Assembly: GCF_009914755.1 (NCBI RefSeq)
Contig: NC_060945.1
DNA: 64,000 nucleotides
Origin: the human T2T-CHM13v2.0 reference genome, Homo sapiens
Reading direction: 5' to 3' (one strand)
Shown: piece by piece, positions 15,797 through 30,091 of the stretch
Layout: every line of letters begins with the position of its first letter
How positions within the stretch are numbered: position 1 is the stretch's first letter
Made by a program: the position numbers and the translations under genes
Notes under the pieces: model-generated
Database searches by the model: none
Seen by the model: the letters and a program-made list of their open reading frames with translations, nothing else
Told to the model about the DNA's origin: nothing

Positions 15797-15849
15797 TATT
15801 TTTCTTTTTATTTCAATTTTTATTTTAGATTCAGAGGCTACATGTGCAG
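15797..15849 (-). mobile_element. Tiny L1 3'-terminal fragment
   Basis: T-rich tail then TTTTAGATTCAGAGG.TACATGTGCAG, as in the antisense L1P 3' end. Confidence 0.55.
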
Positions 15850-16178
15850 AATTTGGCTGATAGAGACAATCGCCCGGATTTGCTGAAGCAGGGTGAGTTA
15901 TCCCTAAGAAAAGCTTACACAGAAGTGGAAGACAGTTTATTATCTAGGAGAGCCACCATCTCAAAATGTCAAAACTGCCAGTGTGTTCTTGCACATTGAA
16001 ACCACTCACAGGTCAACCAACTGTCTTGGTTTGTCCAGGACTCTCTCATTTTTTTTACTGAAAGTCATGCAACTGGTTAACTTCTCTGTCCTTGCTAAAC
16101 AAAGATAGTTTGTCTCCCAGCTTGAAGTCACCTGAGATCAAGAGATCTACTACTAACACATCATACAGAAGCAGCAGA

Positions 16179-16303
16179 AATACTACCTATATTTTGAAAT
16201 ACAGGTAGTATTATCATTGATCTGGTGGAACTCTGAGAACTTCAATCCAGAAATTCTCAGAGTTCCACCAGATCAATGATAATACTATCTATATTTTGAA
16301 ATA
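16179..16303. repeat. Long inverted repeat: 34-bp perfect arms 16206-16239 and 16254-16287, with flanking direct repeat
   Basis: TAGTATTATCATTGATCTGGTGGAACTCTGAGAA and its exact reverse complement, 14-nt spacer. Confidence 0.97.
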
Positions 16304-16725
16304 TATATATATATTTGTTTATATATGTATAAAACAAAATAAAAATTTGTAAAACAAAATATATCTATTTGTTTATAGTTATGTTTATATATGTTTATAT
16401 GTTTATATATAGTTATATGTTTATATGTTATATATATGTTTATATATGTTTACATGTTTATATATAGTTATATGTGTATATATAGTTATATGTTTATGTT
16501 TGTTTATATATATGTTTATATGTTTATATATAGTTATATGTGTGTATATATAGTTATGTTTATATATGTTTATATGTTTATATATAGTTATATGTTTATA
16601 TATGTTTGTATGTTTATATATATGTTTATATGTTTATATATAGTTATATGTGTATATATAGTTATATGTTTATATATGTTTATATGTTTATATATGTTTA
16701 TATGTTTATATATAGTTATATGTTT
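16300..16725. repeat. AT-rich minisatellite (TATATGTT / TATATAGT units)
   Basis: Direct inspection. Confidence 0.95.
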
Positions 16726-19700
16726 AGAAGCAGAGCCATAAAAACAGGAAAACCAAAACAGAAAGAGCCTCCTATGAAAAAGCACATTTCAGGGGAGAAG
16801 GGAGGCAGAGTGAGAGCAGAGCTGTGAGCAAGGCCAGCCATGCAAAAGGCACGCGGCTGAAAGCCCTTGGTTCTCAGGCTTCCCGCCCATCTGAGAGATG
16901 CGTACTCTGTGCCCTGCTGTTTGTAAATGTCAAACATTTAATGATAACCACAATAAATGTGCTTGGTCAGCAGTCCTAAATATGGAAAAAGAAATCAACA
17001 TAAAACATCTTTGGTAGTTTCTTTTCCTTAAAATCTTGTGTCAGAGGAAAGTACACAGTTACCACTGGAAACAAAGTGGTTAGGGAACTCTACAAAACAG
17101 ACCACTGCAGGGGAAAAAACAATGATTTTGAGAGTATGAATTTTCCTGTGAGGAACAAAAATGAAAACAATGGTACGTTTGTCCCTTCCAAGTTCTTCAC
17201 GGATGCCAGTAACTAATCTTCAGAGTAAATTTGGAGAAATTGTTCTGACTATGCACACAAAGAAGCTAGAGGGAAGAGGCAGTGTTGCTTTATTTACTCA
17301 GCGTTGACCTCCCACCACCCTCCTCCTTCCTCTACTTCTCTATCAATACTTCTGGCCTTCCTTTGACCTGTTTTGGGGCATGGACTTAGGGCTGAGGACA
17401 GCACCAAGTATCTCGCCTGGATCCTGCCAACGCTGCCTCCTACAAAAAGGTCACTTTGAGCCACTTTGTTCCTTTCTCTAGGTCTGTCTCTACTCATGGG
17501 ATTGTTTTCAAGACTAAATGGAATGAGCACGCGAAACGGGAACCTGCCAAGGCTAGACCCTTCTGTGTCCTATTCTGCCAGTCAAGAAATAAAATTTCCT
17601 AAAATTTTGTGTCTTGCCTTAAAAACACACAAAGCCACATTCTTTCCATAACAAATGCAAGTTTATTTTAATACCTAATTAGGGTGAGAAGCTGCTTGGC
17701 AATAAGGAGAACTGGTGTGCCAGCAAGGTGTGCTGTACAGACCTAGTTGCTCCCTGTGCCTCCAAGGTGAGCACCTGGAGATTGGAAGGGAAGAGGCCCA
17801 GGTGGGATGGGCAGAGGTGGAGGGGAGGATACTGCTCCCCTGACACACATGACCCAACACGGTGCCATTTCCAAAATACTTTAAGGCCATGTTGTGAAGA
17901 CAACAAAGTAAAGACATAAGACAGGAGCCAAGAAGGGCAGCCTTTGTATGCCTGCTGCCTTCCAGTAGCCGAGGTACTGGCTTCTCCTCTCCAGCCAGAC
18001 CTGCTCTGCTACCCACCATGGCTACTGGGTGTCTATAGCTGAATGGCCAATGCGGCTAATAGGGCTTACATCTCTTGACAGTTGAGCAGCCATTTAGGGA
18101 AATTAGAGACACTGTAGCTCGAAGAAGACCATGAAGAGGAAGTTCTACTCTTATAGAACAGAGAAGCCATCTGTGACTACGTAATAAACTCTCAGGGGTC
18201 AGGGTAGGTGATCAGGGGTTTTTGAGCTGACTCTAGCCTATCCACAGCTTCTGACTGATGCTAATCTCAACCAAAGAATGCCAAGATATTAATATGTTCA
18301 CAGAGAAGCCTCATGCCACTGATGTCATAGAAATAGGTCACACATAAGGAACACCCTTGGATAAGTGACATATCACACTTACATTGGAATTAATTTCCAC
18401 AAAATTCCATTGCTGTCCCTACCTTCTAAATAGCTTCTGAATTATCATCAGCACCCACATGTTCACACTCAGTGCCTCGGGGGCTTCAAGATGTCCCAGA
18501 ACCGCAGCCAGCAGCCCAGAGTGTCTTATCTGAAGAAGGGCCATATTGCCTGTCCACATGCATCCTTAACATCACATGGAAAGGGGGATTCAACTTCAAC
18601 AGAGGGAAAATACCGCCAGGTGAATCACTTTCAACTACACAGAAGGAATCACAAATGTCTGCCTCCAAAACTTCAGAGTCCCAGTTTATTTTGTAAAATT
18701 GGACTCTTGTCACTCCTGTCATTTCCACACATGCAGGTCCCCCAGCATGAACGCATGAACCAACAACATGTACCCTTTTATATCAACTTTACACCCCAGC
18801 CAAGAGAAGCTTCATGAAAAACGGCACATAAAGATAACTAAAACATGACTTCTCAAACCAAAAGGGTTTAAGTCTAGATGTAAGCCAAACTCTGTAAACC
18901 CTCTCTGCTAAATCAGTCATTAAGATGTCATCCTTTTTCCTCTTTCACATATATTATTATTGTCCTACATTTCATGTTTCAGGGTTTTCTCCTTAGCCTG
19001 CTGTAAGCATGTGCTTTGGGAGACAGGGCAGAAGCTTTGGCACTGTTGACGCTCAGAAACGGCCACCCTAGATGGCTAGTGATGCTGGGGAGTCTCTCTG
19101 GAGACATCATAACAAGAATGCCATGGCCTGAAACATGCTTACCAGCCATCATCCAGAGAAGACAAGACACTGAAAGTAATATCATAAAATCTTACTAACA
19201 TAATCAAGAGAATCCCATGTGATCTACTCTGCCAGACATTGCTGAACTTTTGACCTTCAACTGCACCTAAGTAGTTTAAGACTCTCCAGACATTCATTGA
19301 CTCTTGCAAGCTTGCGTTTATCACAATTTAGCTTTTCACACCGCTACTCACCACCCAACACATTATTCATTATGCAAAAGTAATTTGAATTCATCATGCA
19401 CTGGATTTAGCAAACTTATCTTTAACTGAGTTTCAGATTATTTCTAATTCTCCCTTTAGTTCAGAGCCATATGGGCTTTGTGACACAGAATGCTTTGAAA
19501 ATAATTTCATTGGCTGGAACATTCAGTGGGCTGATGCCACATTTCTTTGAAAAAAAGTCTGCTAGGAAGAGAAGTAAATATCCCCCCACCCACCACTACT
19601 GCTATTGCCAGGTTCCTCCACTCATGTATTCATGTATTTGCTCATTCATTCACTCATTGAACAAATATGTGTTGCACCCTACCAAATGCTGAGCATCATA

Positions 19701-20775
19701 CTTGCTGACAACAACCTTGGCTTCATTGGCCCTCTGTGAGACACAGGAAAGTGGGGATGGACACAGGTTGAAGATGACCCAAGTCCGTAAGCACAAGCAT
19801 CCTTTCAGTGCGAAGGAGAAATGCCAAGAAACAACAAGCAGAAGGGGTGTAGGCAACAGAATTATTAAAGACACATAAGCAGGGCCATGTTAAGATGCTC
19901 ATGGGTCCTCCCTCCCCAAAAATCAGTGTTACATTTTATGACTCTGTAAGTATAAAGACAAATACAATCAGGCTGGATTACATATGTTTTTCCTTCTGAT
20001 TTTAAAAGAAATTAAAACAATTGTCATGGGCTCCAAAACGTATCCTGGTTTCAGACACTGAACTTACTGTGCCTAGCAAATAGTTGGCCCCGGCTTTGGG
20101 GCCTCCCGGTCTTCCACCACCCATTAATTGAACGGCCTTTGTGCAAGGTAGCTAGCTGCTTAATGCCTCCTTGTCTTCCTTGCTAAGACGAAGGAAATGG
20201 AAATGAAAGTGCCTGGTTTAGTGCTCAGGACACAGCCAGAGCTCTGCGTTTCCGCATCTCCTCTCCACACCAAATAATAACAATTTGCTCTAGAAGACAA
20301 TGGACATCCAAGTGAAATAAGGCTCAAGGGACTGCAGCCGTTTTTTATTAGTTATCCACTAGTAAATGCACTAAACCAAAGAAGCCCCACTTCAAGGAAC
20401 ACAGACAAACATCTGTCTCTATAATTATCCATACGCCCCAAACGCCCCTCCTCATCTCATTCCCCCTACTTATCACTCTGAACATATTCTACAATGGACT
20501 TACTCATCAGGCCCAACATCTGTCTCCCCTCACGGGAATGCCAGCTCCACAAGGTCAAGGGCTGGGATGTTTTGTTTGCCAATGTGTTAGCATTCCCAAA
20601 CTTAGATTAGCATCAGGCATAACATAAGCACTCTGCCTATTCCTCGTTAAATGGAATGGATTTGAAAATTATCAGAAACACTAGTTTCAAAAACATTAAA
20701 ATTCAGTCTTTAGGATATTTTGTTCCTTTCTATAAGAATTTATTCTCTACAAAACTACCACTCTTGATCTAGTGT

Positions 20776-20869
20776 TTTTTTGTTTGGTTTTTTTTTTGAG
20801 ACTGACTCTCATTCTATTGCCCAGGCAGGAGTGCAGTGGCGCGATCTCCGCTCACTGCAACCTCCGCCT
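20776..20869 (-). mobile_element. Severely 5'-truncated Alu (right-arm end only)
   Basis: ~75 bp of Alu plus T-tail, bracketed by TSD TCTAGTGTT. Confidence 0.85.
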
Positions 20870-22099
20870 CTAGTGTTCTTGATAGTGTAGATAATCAGTA
20901 TGTTTTCCTGTCTCTTCTTCTTTCCATTTCTGATACGTAAACTATGTTTGATTGAAGCATTTAGCAATGAATGGGGAATGCATGTGTACCACCCCCTTCT
21001 TCCTGTATCAAATTCTTTTCTAAGTCACAACATCTTATCTAAATTTTATACCATTCTGACAGTTTCCCAAGAAGCAAGGAGAAAGAGAGCATATTAGCAA
21101 AGTTACTTGTCTATCCTTATTAAAGCACAGTGTGTTAGTATGGTTCAAATATATATATTTTTTTTCTTTAAGATTGCTGGTCTAGTTGAAAAAAGACAAT
21201 GAATTTGGATTAATCATTTCCAATATTCTGATTATACAAGCTACCCCATTGCCTCCAAAAAGGAGTTCTCCCAGGTCTTAGGGTGTTTTTTGTCCTTCCC
21301 ACAGACCACTGCAGGCACAGAAACACTCCAGGCTGTACATTCAAGGAGATGCTTAAGGTATTTATATGTGGAGACTTATGGAAAATACAAAATATTAAAA
21401 TGATATTTTCTTCCTCGGGGAATATAAACTTGTCTCCATTTTTATTTAAAATGCTGGAAGTTATATTGATTTTTATTATAGAATTAATATAGTCACATAG
21501 TAAAAGTTTTAGTAAATACAGATGGGTAGAAAGGCAAAATAAAAATAAATAATAATCTTACACTTTGAGAATAAAATACCAGCATTTTAATGTCTGCCCT
21601 ATAAGCAGACAATTTTGTGCAGTGGGCAGAATGATGTGAGAGAGGCCCCAGGAGCTCACTCAGGGCAGGCTAGACAATGAGCCAACTGGAAGAAGGGGGT
21701 CCTCCTTTCTGTTACCATGAGGGCTGTAGCAGGAGGCCTCTTCCCTTGGCAGCAGGGCCCACATATTCCCATGGGCCTCAGCATCTCCAGGTGCTGGGCA
21801 GCTGGCTGTCCCAGACAACTCCAGTAACAGCTGATGCCTAATCCCAGATAGGCTGTTTATCCCCCTGCCTAGTAGCATTTCTTTGGGGCTTACAAGAAGG
21901 GAGAGTCACTGGGTGCAGGAGGGTCCCTCAACTGGACACAGACCTACCCACTGTGCAGGAGAGCTGGCCCCAGGGTGCCTTGCTGTTGGATGATGTCAGG
22001 ATTCACAGCCCTTTCATTTTCTTGCTTCCATTTATTTTCTTCCTTACAGCTTATTCTTTAACACATACTGTGCCACACTGTGGAATAGACCCTTACTCT

Positions 22100-22547
22100 T
22101 GTGATAAACAGTTTTATGTATCAACTGGGTCAGGCTATAGTTTCCAGTTATTTGATGAAACCCTTATCTAGGTGTTGCTATGAAGGTTATTGTGTAGGTG
22201 TGGTTAACAGCTATAATCAATTTACTTTAAGTAAAGGAGATTGTCTTTGATCGTTTACGTGGCCCTCATTCAATCAGTCGAAAAGATTTAAGAGGAAAAC
22301 TGAAGCTTCCCTGAGAAAGAAGAAAATTGCTCCTGTGAACTGCGGCATCAGCTCCTGCCTGGGAGTTCTAGCCAGCCCTTTCTGACAGCCTGCCCTACGG
22401 ATTTCAGACACTCTCAGCCCCGCCCCATAGTTGCTACAGCAATTGCCAATTCCTAAAAACACTTCAAGCGCTTCCTCTTCAGATTTCTATCTGTCCCCTA
22501 TATAACTTACTGGTTCTGTGCCTGTGGTGGACCCTGACTGACATACC
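22100..22547 (+). mobile_element. MLT2-family (ERVL) LTR
   Basis: TGTGAT...TTTTATGT.TCAACT start; ACTTTAAGTAAAGGAGATT; ...CCCTGACTGA.ATAC end. Confidence 0.75.
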
Positions 22548-24560
22548 TCCCTTGTACCAGAGCTGTATCAGACCTTTCACGAGCTTCAATTATGAATAAA
22601 TTAGAAATGACTTCTTTAGGTAAGGTTTATGAAACTTGGAGTTTTTCCTACTTATTTTTTGTGTGTTCACACTGGATTTCAGATGTCAAGAGAGCAAAAT
22701 ATAAATTTAAAATATAAAAATAATATATAGAACATAGAATTAGCAAACAGCAGAAAAAAAAATTTGTGGTATGAACGTAAGGAAGCAAGGACAAATGTAG
22801 TGAACAAAATGAATGCCAAAAGCTGGGATGAGTGCAGGAGAACTGAGGTGGATCTCTGCATTCCCCAAGTACCCTGCAGTGGCCTTCAAAGGCTGAGGGC
22901 AGTCCATTGATGCAAAAAGAGATCTCCCCAGGTACAGAAAGTCAAGAACAGGTCTAGAGAGCAAAGAGAATGCCCCAGAAACTCAAAGAGCTGGCAGGCA
23001 AGCTGTAAAGCAGAAAGAGATCTCCCACAGTTTGGAAAGCTGGTTACTGGTCAGTAAAGCACAAAGATTCAAAGAGTCTGGCTGGTGCTCAGATCCCAAG
23101 CCCTTCTGAAGGCAAAGTGCTGACCCCACCTTCACACCATGTGAACCCAAGGTAAAGAGAATCTAGCTCAGGATCCTAACTCTGCAACAGAGCCCAGCAC
23201 AGCCCAGCCACATGTCAGATTGACTCAGCCCCACATCACCAGCCCGACAGAAGGACAGAAGGAGCATGTCCTTCCTGCAAGGGCAAGGTAAACATTCCTT
23301 ACTTCAATCTGCACACAATGTTTAGCATAAAACAGAAAGTCACAAGACACACAAAGAAACAACAAAACAAGGCCCATGTTTAAAAGATAACTCATTAACA
23401 GAAACAAATATGGAAATGGCCCAGATGTTTGATTTATCACTCAGGAACTTTGTAGCTGCGATGAAGGCTCTAGAGGAAAATACTGACACGTGTGAACAGG
23501 TGAAGAACTACAGCATGGGAAGCAAACGGTGAAAGCAAAACTCAGATGGAACTATCAGGACGTAACTGTATGATACTAGGTAGGAAGAATTCATTTGATG
23601 GGCTTAATAGCAGACTGGACACAGAAGAGAAAAGAATCAAAGGCAGGCCAATAGACAATATCTAAAATAAAACACAAAGAAATTAAACATGAAAAAAATA
23701 AAACAAAGCATCCAAGACCTGTGTAAAAATATCAATCAATATAAACAATTGGAATCCCAGAAGAAGAAGAGAGATACAGGAGAAAAAATATTTTAAGAGA
23801 CAATAGCCAATATTTTTTAAGTTAAGGAAATACAGCAAGGTACATACCCAAGAAGATTAGCAAACCACAACATAAGATTTTAAAAAGTTATTTCAAAATC
23901 ACACCTAGGTACATCAGAGGTGAACCTTAAAAGAAAAAAAAATTGAAAAGAAATCTTAAAAGTAGCAAGAAAAAATAGCCCATGTTATATTTAGGGGAAG
24001 TATGAAAAGAATGATGGATGAGTTCCTCACAATGGAAAAAAAATTCAAAATGCTGAAAAAAAACTGTCAACATAGAATTCTACATTGAATTCTACATTTA
24101 GTCAAAGTATAAATAAAAAAATAAAAGCTATAGAAGAGAGCAATTCAAATATTCTTCTCATAAATAAAATATGAATATTCAAGGTGATAGATATCTCAAT
24201 TACCTTGATTTGATCTTTACACTTGATATGAATGCTTCAAAAAATCACATGTATCCTGAAGATATGGACATCTAATATGTATCAGTTTAAGAAAATGAAA
24301 GCTAAGTAAAGACATTTTCAGCTAGAGAAGAACTCAGAGATTTTTTTAGCCAAAAAACCTGTGCTCCAAGAAATGCTTAAAGAAATGCAGGCTGAAAGAA
24401 TATGATACATGATAGAAGCTCAAATCTGCAGGAAAGAATGAAAACATAGGTAGTATAACATATAGGTAAAAATAAAGGACCTACTTATTATATTTAATAT
24501 ACATGTGTGTTTGTTTGTATACAGACATACATGTTGCATAATATATTAAGCACATATTAA

Positions 24561-24916
24561 AGGTTGAGCATCCCCAGTCCAAATATCCAAAATCTGAAAT
24601 ATTCCCATTTTAGTAGAGATGAGGTTTTGCCATGTTGGCCAGGCTGGTCTCAAACTCCTGACCTCAGGTGATCTGCCCACCTCAGCCTCCCAAAGTGCTG
24701 GGTTTACAGGTGTGAGCCACTGCACCTGGCCCAAAATCTGAAGCTTTTTGAGATCCAACATGGCATTCCAAAGAAATCCTCATTGGAGAATTGCACATTT
24801 CATTAGGGATGTTCAACTACTAAGTATATAATGCAAATGCAAATTCAAATCCTAAAAGATCTGAAATCTAAAACATTTCTGGTACCAAGCACTTGGGATA
24901 AGGGATACTCAACATG
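24561..24916. mobile_element. Tigger4/MER46-like element containing an antisense Alu left arm (24607-24732)
   Basis: TIRs AGGTTGAGCATCCC / GGGATACTCAACATG. Confidence 0.75.
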
Positions 24917-24952
24917 TGTGTGTGTGGGTGTGTGTGTGTGTGTGTGTGTGTG
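24915..24952. repeat. (TG)n microsatellite
   Basis: Direct inspection. Confidence 0.95.
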
Positions 24953-25918
24953 TTTATGTGTACATATATATGCATTTCAGCACAACCAGTAGCAATGTGT
25001 TATAAGTTTTATAGAATACAGTGAAACAAAATAATACAAAGAATGAGAGAATAGAATTATATAATTGTGATAGTCTTAGATTTTTTTAAAGTTTAGTATA
25101 ATTGAAAATTAGACTATGATAGTTAAGTATACATACTGTAATTTCTAGCAAACTCCTAAAAAATAACACAAAGTATATTTAAAAAGTTAATTGCTGGATT
25201 ATGCAAAATAAGGCAGGAAATAAGAAAGAGAAACAAATACTGGTAAAATACTTAAATACAATTGTATTGATAATTACATTAAATATAAATGAAATACCAC
25301 TTACATACTAATTAAAAATAAGATTCAAATAAATGACTTTTACAAGAAACACTTAGAGCATAAAGAGATAGATATTTGAAAATAAAATGTTGAAAACTGA
25401 CATACTATCCAACCACTATGCATCATAAATCTCGACGGCTATGTTTATATCTGACCGAGTACAATTCAAGACAAATAGTAACCCAGAGAGAAAAAGGAGT
25501 ATATTCTAATGCTAAGAGTCACTCCATCAAGAAGAAGTAATTATCTTAAATGTGTATGAACCTAATAAAGAGATTCAAAATGCATGATACAAAACTTGAC
25601 AGCACTAAAGGAAGAATGTTGCTTTTGAAAAGCTCACATTCACCATGGAAGATTTTAATATGCCTCTCATTATAACTGATAAAACAAGTAGACCAAAAAT
25701 CAAAGAACATAGGAGATTTTAATACTGTCAACAAAATTTACATAATTATCTCTAATAGAATACTCCACTCAACAACTATACACTACAATTTCTTGAGAAG
25801 ATCACATGAAACACTTGCTAAGATGAATCACATTCTGCAACATGAAAAATTCCCCAGCAAATCATAATGATAAAATTCATATAAAGTATGATAGCTGAAA
25901 ACAATAATATTAAAATCG

Positions 25919-26274
<356 letters not shown>

Positions 26275-27542
26275 CTATAGAAAAACCACAGGGAAAAATA
26301 AAATATATTTTGAAGTGAATGAAAATGAAAACACAACATATCAAAATGTGAAAGGCAGTGAAGGTGGTGCATAGAGGGAGATTCATAGCTTTAATTCCCT
26401 ATTTGAATTGAAAATAATAAGTTGTAAAACAAAAAGTTTTAGCTTTTAATAAGCTAAGAAAAACAACTAAAATATAAGAAAGGAAATAATAAAAACAGCA
26501 GAAATAAAATGAAAACACATAAAAGAAAATTAACAATGTGAGAAATTTGTTTAAGACAGTTTAATAAAATTGGTATACTTCTAGAAAAATTGTCAAGAAA
26601 AAATGAAAAGAATCTATATCAGTAATAAAAGTAGTAGCATCTCTCCAGGTTCTACAGATATTAAAAATAAGGGAATATCATAAACAACTTTATGCCATTA
26701 AAGATACAGCCACTTATATAAAACAGATTCCTTTAAAAACGCATCTTATCACAACTGATGCAAGAAAAAATAGAACATCTAAATAGCCTAATACCTGTTA
26801 CAGAAATGGAATTTGTAATCAGAAGCCTTCCCATAAAATAAAACAAAAACATAAAAGAAAAAACTCCTGACTAGATGTCAATATCTAAGGAAGGCGTAAT
26901 ACCAATTACCAATCCTTCACAATTTTTTTTTTAATAGAGGAGGAGGGAACACTTCCCAAATGACTTTCTGAGACTGCACGACCCAGATATTAAACCTACA
27001 AAAAACATTATAAGTTTAAGAAAAAAGAAAAATATCCCTTATGGTCCAATACACAAAGATCTATTAAAATATTAGCAATTGGATGCTATAAACTTAAAAA
27101 GAATAACAGGTCATGACCATGTCAAGTTTATTTTCTAATACAAAATTGGCTTAACATTAAAAATCAGTCAAAATAATTCATTTCATTAACAGATTAAAGA
27201 AGAAAAATTATATAACTATCTCAATACATGTAGAAAAAGCATTTGACAACATTCAGCTTCTTTTATGAGAAATACTCAAAAAACTAAGAATAAAAGAGAA
27301 CTTTCACAATCTGATAAAGGGCATTTACAGAAGATATACAAATAACATGATATCTAACACTGAATTATTGGAAACATTCCCCTTAGGGTTAGGAACAAGG
27401 CAAAGGTATTCACTCATCACTTTTAGTCACTTCTAATCAATATTCAACATTGTTCAAGAAGTCTTAGGTAGTGCAGTAGGGCAAGATAATACATTTCAAA
27501 AGCCAAACAATGTGAAAAAAGAGAATCACATAAGGTGCCTGA

Positions 27543-27740
<198 letters not shown>

Positions 27741-27797
27741 TAGTAATCACTACCATCTCAAAACAATTATACAATTTGATTTCTAGAACAACCATAT

Positions 27798-28245
27798 TGT
27801 CAGGCCTCTGAGCCCAAGCTAAGCCATCGCATCCCCTGTGACCTTCACATACACACTCAGATGTCCTGAAGTTACTGAAGAATCACAAAAGTGAAAATGG
27901 CCTGTTCCTGCCTTAACTGATGACATTCCACCACAAAAGAAGTGAAAATGGCCAGTCCTTGCCTTAACTGATGACATTACCTTGTGAAATTCCTTCTCCT
28001 GGCTCATCCTGGCTCAAAAAGCTCCCCCACTGAGCACCCTGTGACCCCCCACTCCGGCCCTCCAGAGAACAACCCCCCTTTGACTGTAATTTTCCTTTAC
28101 CTACCCAAATCTTATAAAACAGTCCCACCCCATCTCTGTTCGCTGACTCTTTTTGGACTCAGCCCACCTGCACCCAGGTGATTAAAAAGCTTTATTGCTC
28201 ACACAAAGCCTGTTTGGTGATCTCTTCACACGGACGCGAATGAAA
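27798..28245 (+). mobile_element. LTR7-family (HERV-H) solo LTR
   Basis: TGTCAGGCCTCTGAGCCCAAG start; duplicated AAGTGAAAATGGCC...CCTTAACTGATGACATT; TATAAA (~28113); ATTAAA (28181); perfect 5-bp TSD CATAT. Confidence 0.95.
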
Positions 28246-29772
28246 CATATATAATTAAGACAGTGTAGTTTTGGCATAAGACAGACAATTAGATTACGGG
28301 AATAGAATAGAGATCTACACATATACGGCTCTTTTTAAAAATCAAGGTGCAAAGCCAATTAGGTGACAGGGGATGAAAGCCTGTTTCATAAATAATATTG
28401 TAAGAATCAGATAAATAGATGGAGGGAAATAAACCTTGAGTCCGACTCAACTCCTTATGTTAAAATTAACTAGAGAAAAATAAAAGAATTAGGCTTCATC
28501 AATTTTTTAAATTTGCTAATTGAAAGGCATCACTAATAAATAGGTAGGCAGGCTACAAATTAAAAACAAAATATTATACTTGACAAAAGATTCATACCCA
28601 AAATATATTAAAAAAAAAAACTCTTGCAACTCAGTAGTAAGAAGGCAACCCAAGAAAAATTAGGCAAATGACCTGAATTGTCACTTCCCAGAAGAAGACA
28701 TATCACGTCCAATGAGCACATGTAACAGCATCATTAGTAATTAGATAAAGACAAATTTAAACAATAATACAATACCATTTCATACACACTATATTGGTTA
28801 AAATTTAAAATACTGTTGGGATGAAAAGTTGGAGAGAATATGGAGCAACAAGAACTATCATACATTTCTGGCAAGAGTTTAAGTGGTACCTTTTAGAAGT
28901 TTTATAAAGTTAAACATGCCATCCCACTCTTAGTATTTCCCCAAGAGAAATCCTAACATATGTTCACAAAAAGGCTTCTACAAAAATATTCATACCAGCC
29001 TTTCTCCTATTAGTCAATCCCTGGAAACAGCCCAAAAGTCTGGCAACAGAATAGGAAAAATGTTTAGAAAAGAAACAAAGTTCTGAAATCAGCAACAACA
29101 TGTGTGAATTTCAGAAGTATTATAATTTAAAAGAAGAAATCAGATACCTAAGAATACATACCACTTGCTTCTATTTACATAACAGGTAAAACTAATTTGT
29201 GTTCAAATCAGAAAGGATTGCATCTGGGTTGGGTGCAGGCTGGGACACTGATAATTATGGGAGCAAGGGAATCTTCTTTGGGGACAGTTAACTGAATGTT
29301 CTACATCTTGTTTTAGGTGGTGTCAACTTGGGTGTCTTCCAATGACAAAACATATTAAGCTAAAAAATGATCAGTGCCTTTTATTGTATATAAATTATAA
29401 TTCAAAAAATCATTTAAGAGAAACCATGAGTTTCTGTTTAACACAGGAGAACAGAGACAAGTTAAGATAGTGGCAGAATGGGAGAAGACACCTGCAACAT
29501 CTAAAATCAACAAAATTTAATACTTATAATATATATATAGAACTCCTGAAAAATCCAACAGAAGAAGACAGGAAGCCCCATAGGAGCACAATGAAAAGAT
29601 ATAAATGCGCAATTTTTACGTAAGGTTCAAATAAATTATTTCAAAACTCCTAGAATTAACTAATAATCATAAAAAGGGCTAAGATCACGAAATATCTTTT
29701 TATACCTTTGCATCTATCAACAATTAGCGTTGCACCCAGGCGAGTTAGAGAAAACGCCACACTTTGAGACGA

Positions 29773-30091
29773 GTATACATATGTAACAAACATGCACGTC
29801 ATGCACATGTACCCTAAAAGTATAATAACAATAAAATAAAAAAAAAAACAAGATGCAAATTGGAAAGGGCACGAGAGGGTATCTTAGTGAAAATTCTATG
29901 TGAATTTATATATCATAAATTTATAAATTAATTCATCCATTCATTCATATATTATGAACAAAATATATGTAATGATATATAAATGAATATTCATTTATTT
30001 ATGTATTATATATTCATTCACCATCCCTTATTATGGAGAAATTTGAAAATATAAAATTATTTACTCAAAAGCTTTATTAAAAAAAAAAAAA
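29773..30091 (+). mobile_element. L1PA extreme 3' end (~55 bp) + poly(A) + ~230-bp putative 3' transduction + second poly(A)
   Basis: GTATACATATGTAACAAAC.TGCACGT..TGCACATGTACCCTA; A-runs end at ~29848 and 30079-30093; interrupts LTR sequence GAGACGA|AAGAGTCC. Confidence 0.8.

Noticed and set aside
16391-16827. Y/M/F/I-rich ORFs
   Set aside because: Translations of the AT-rich minisatellite
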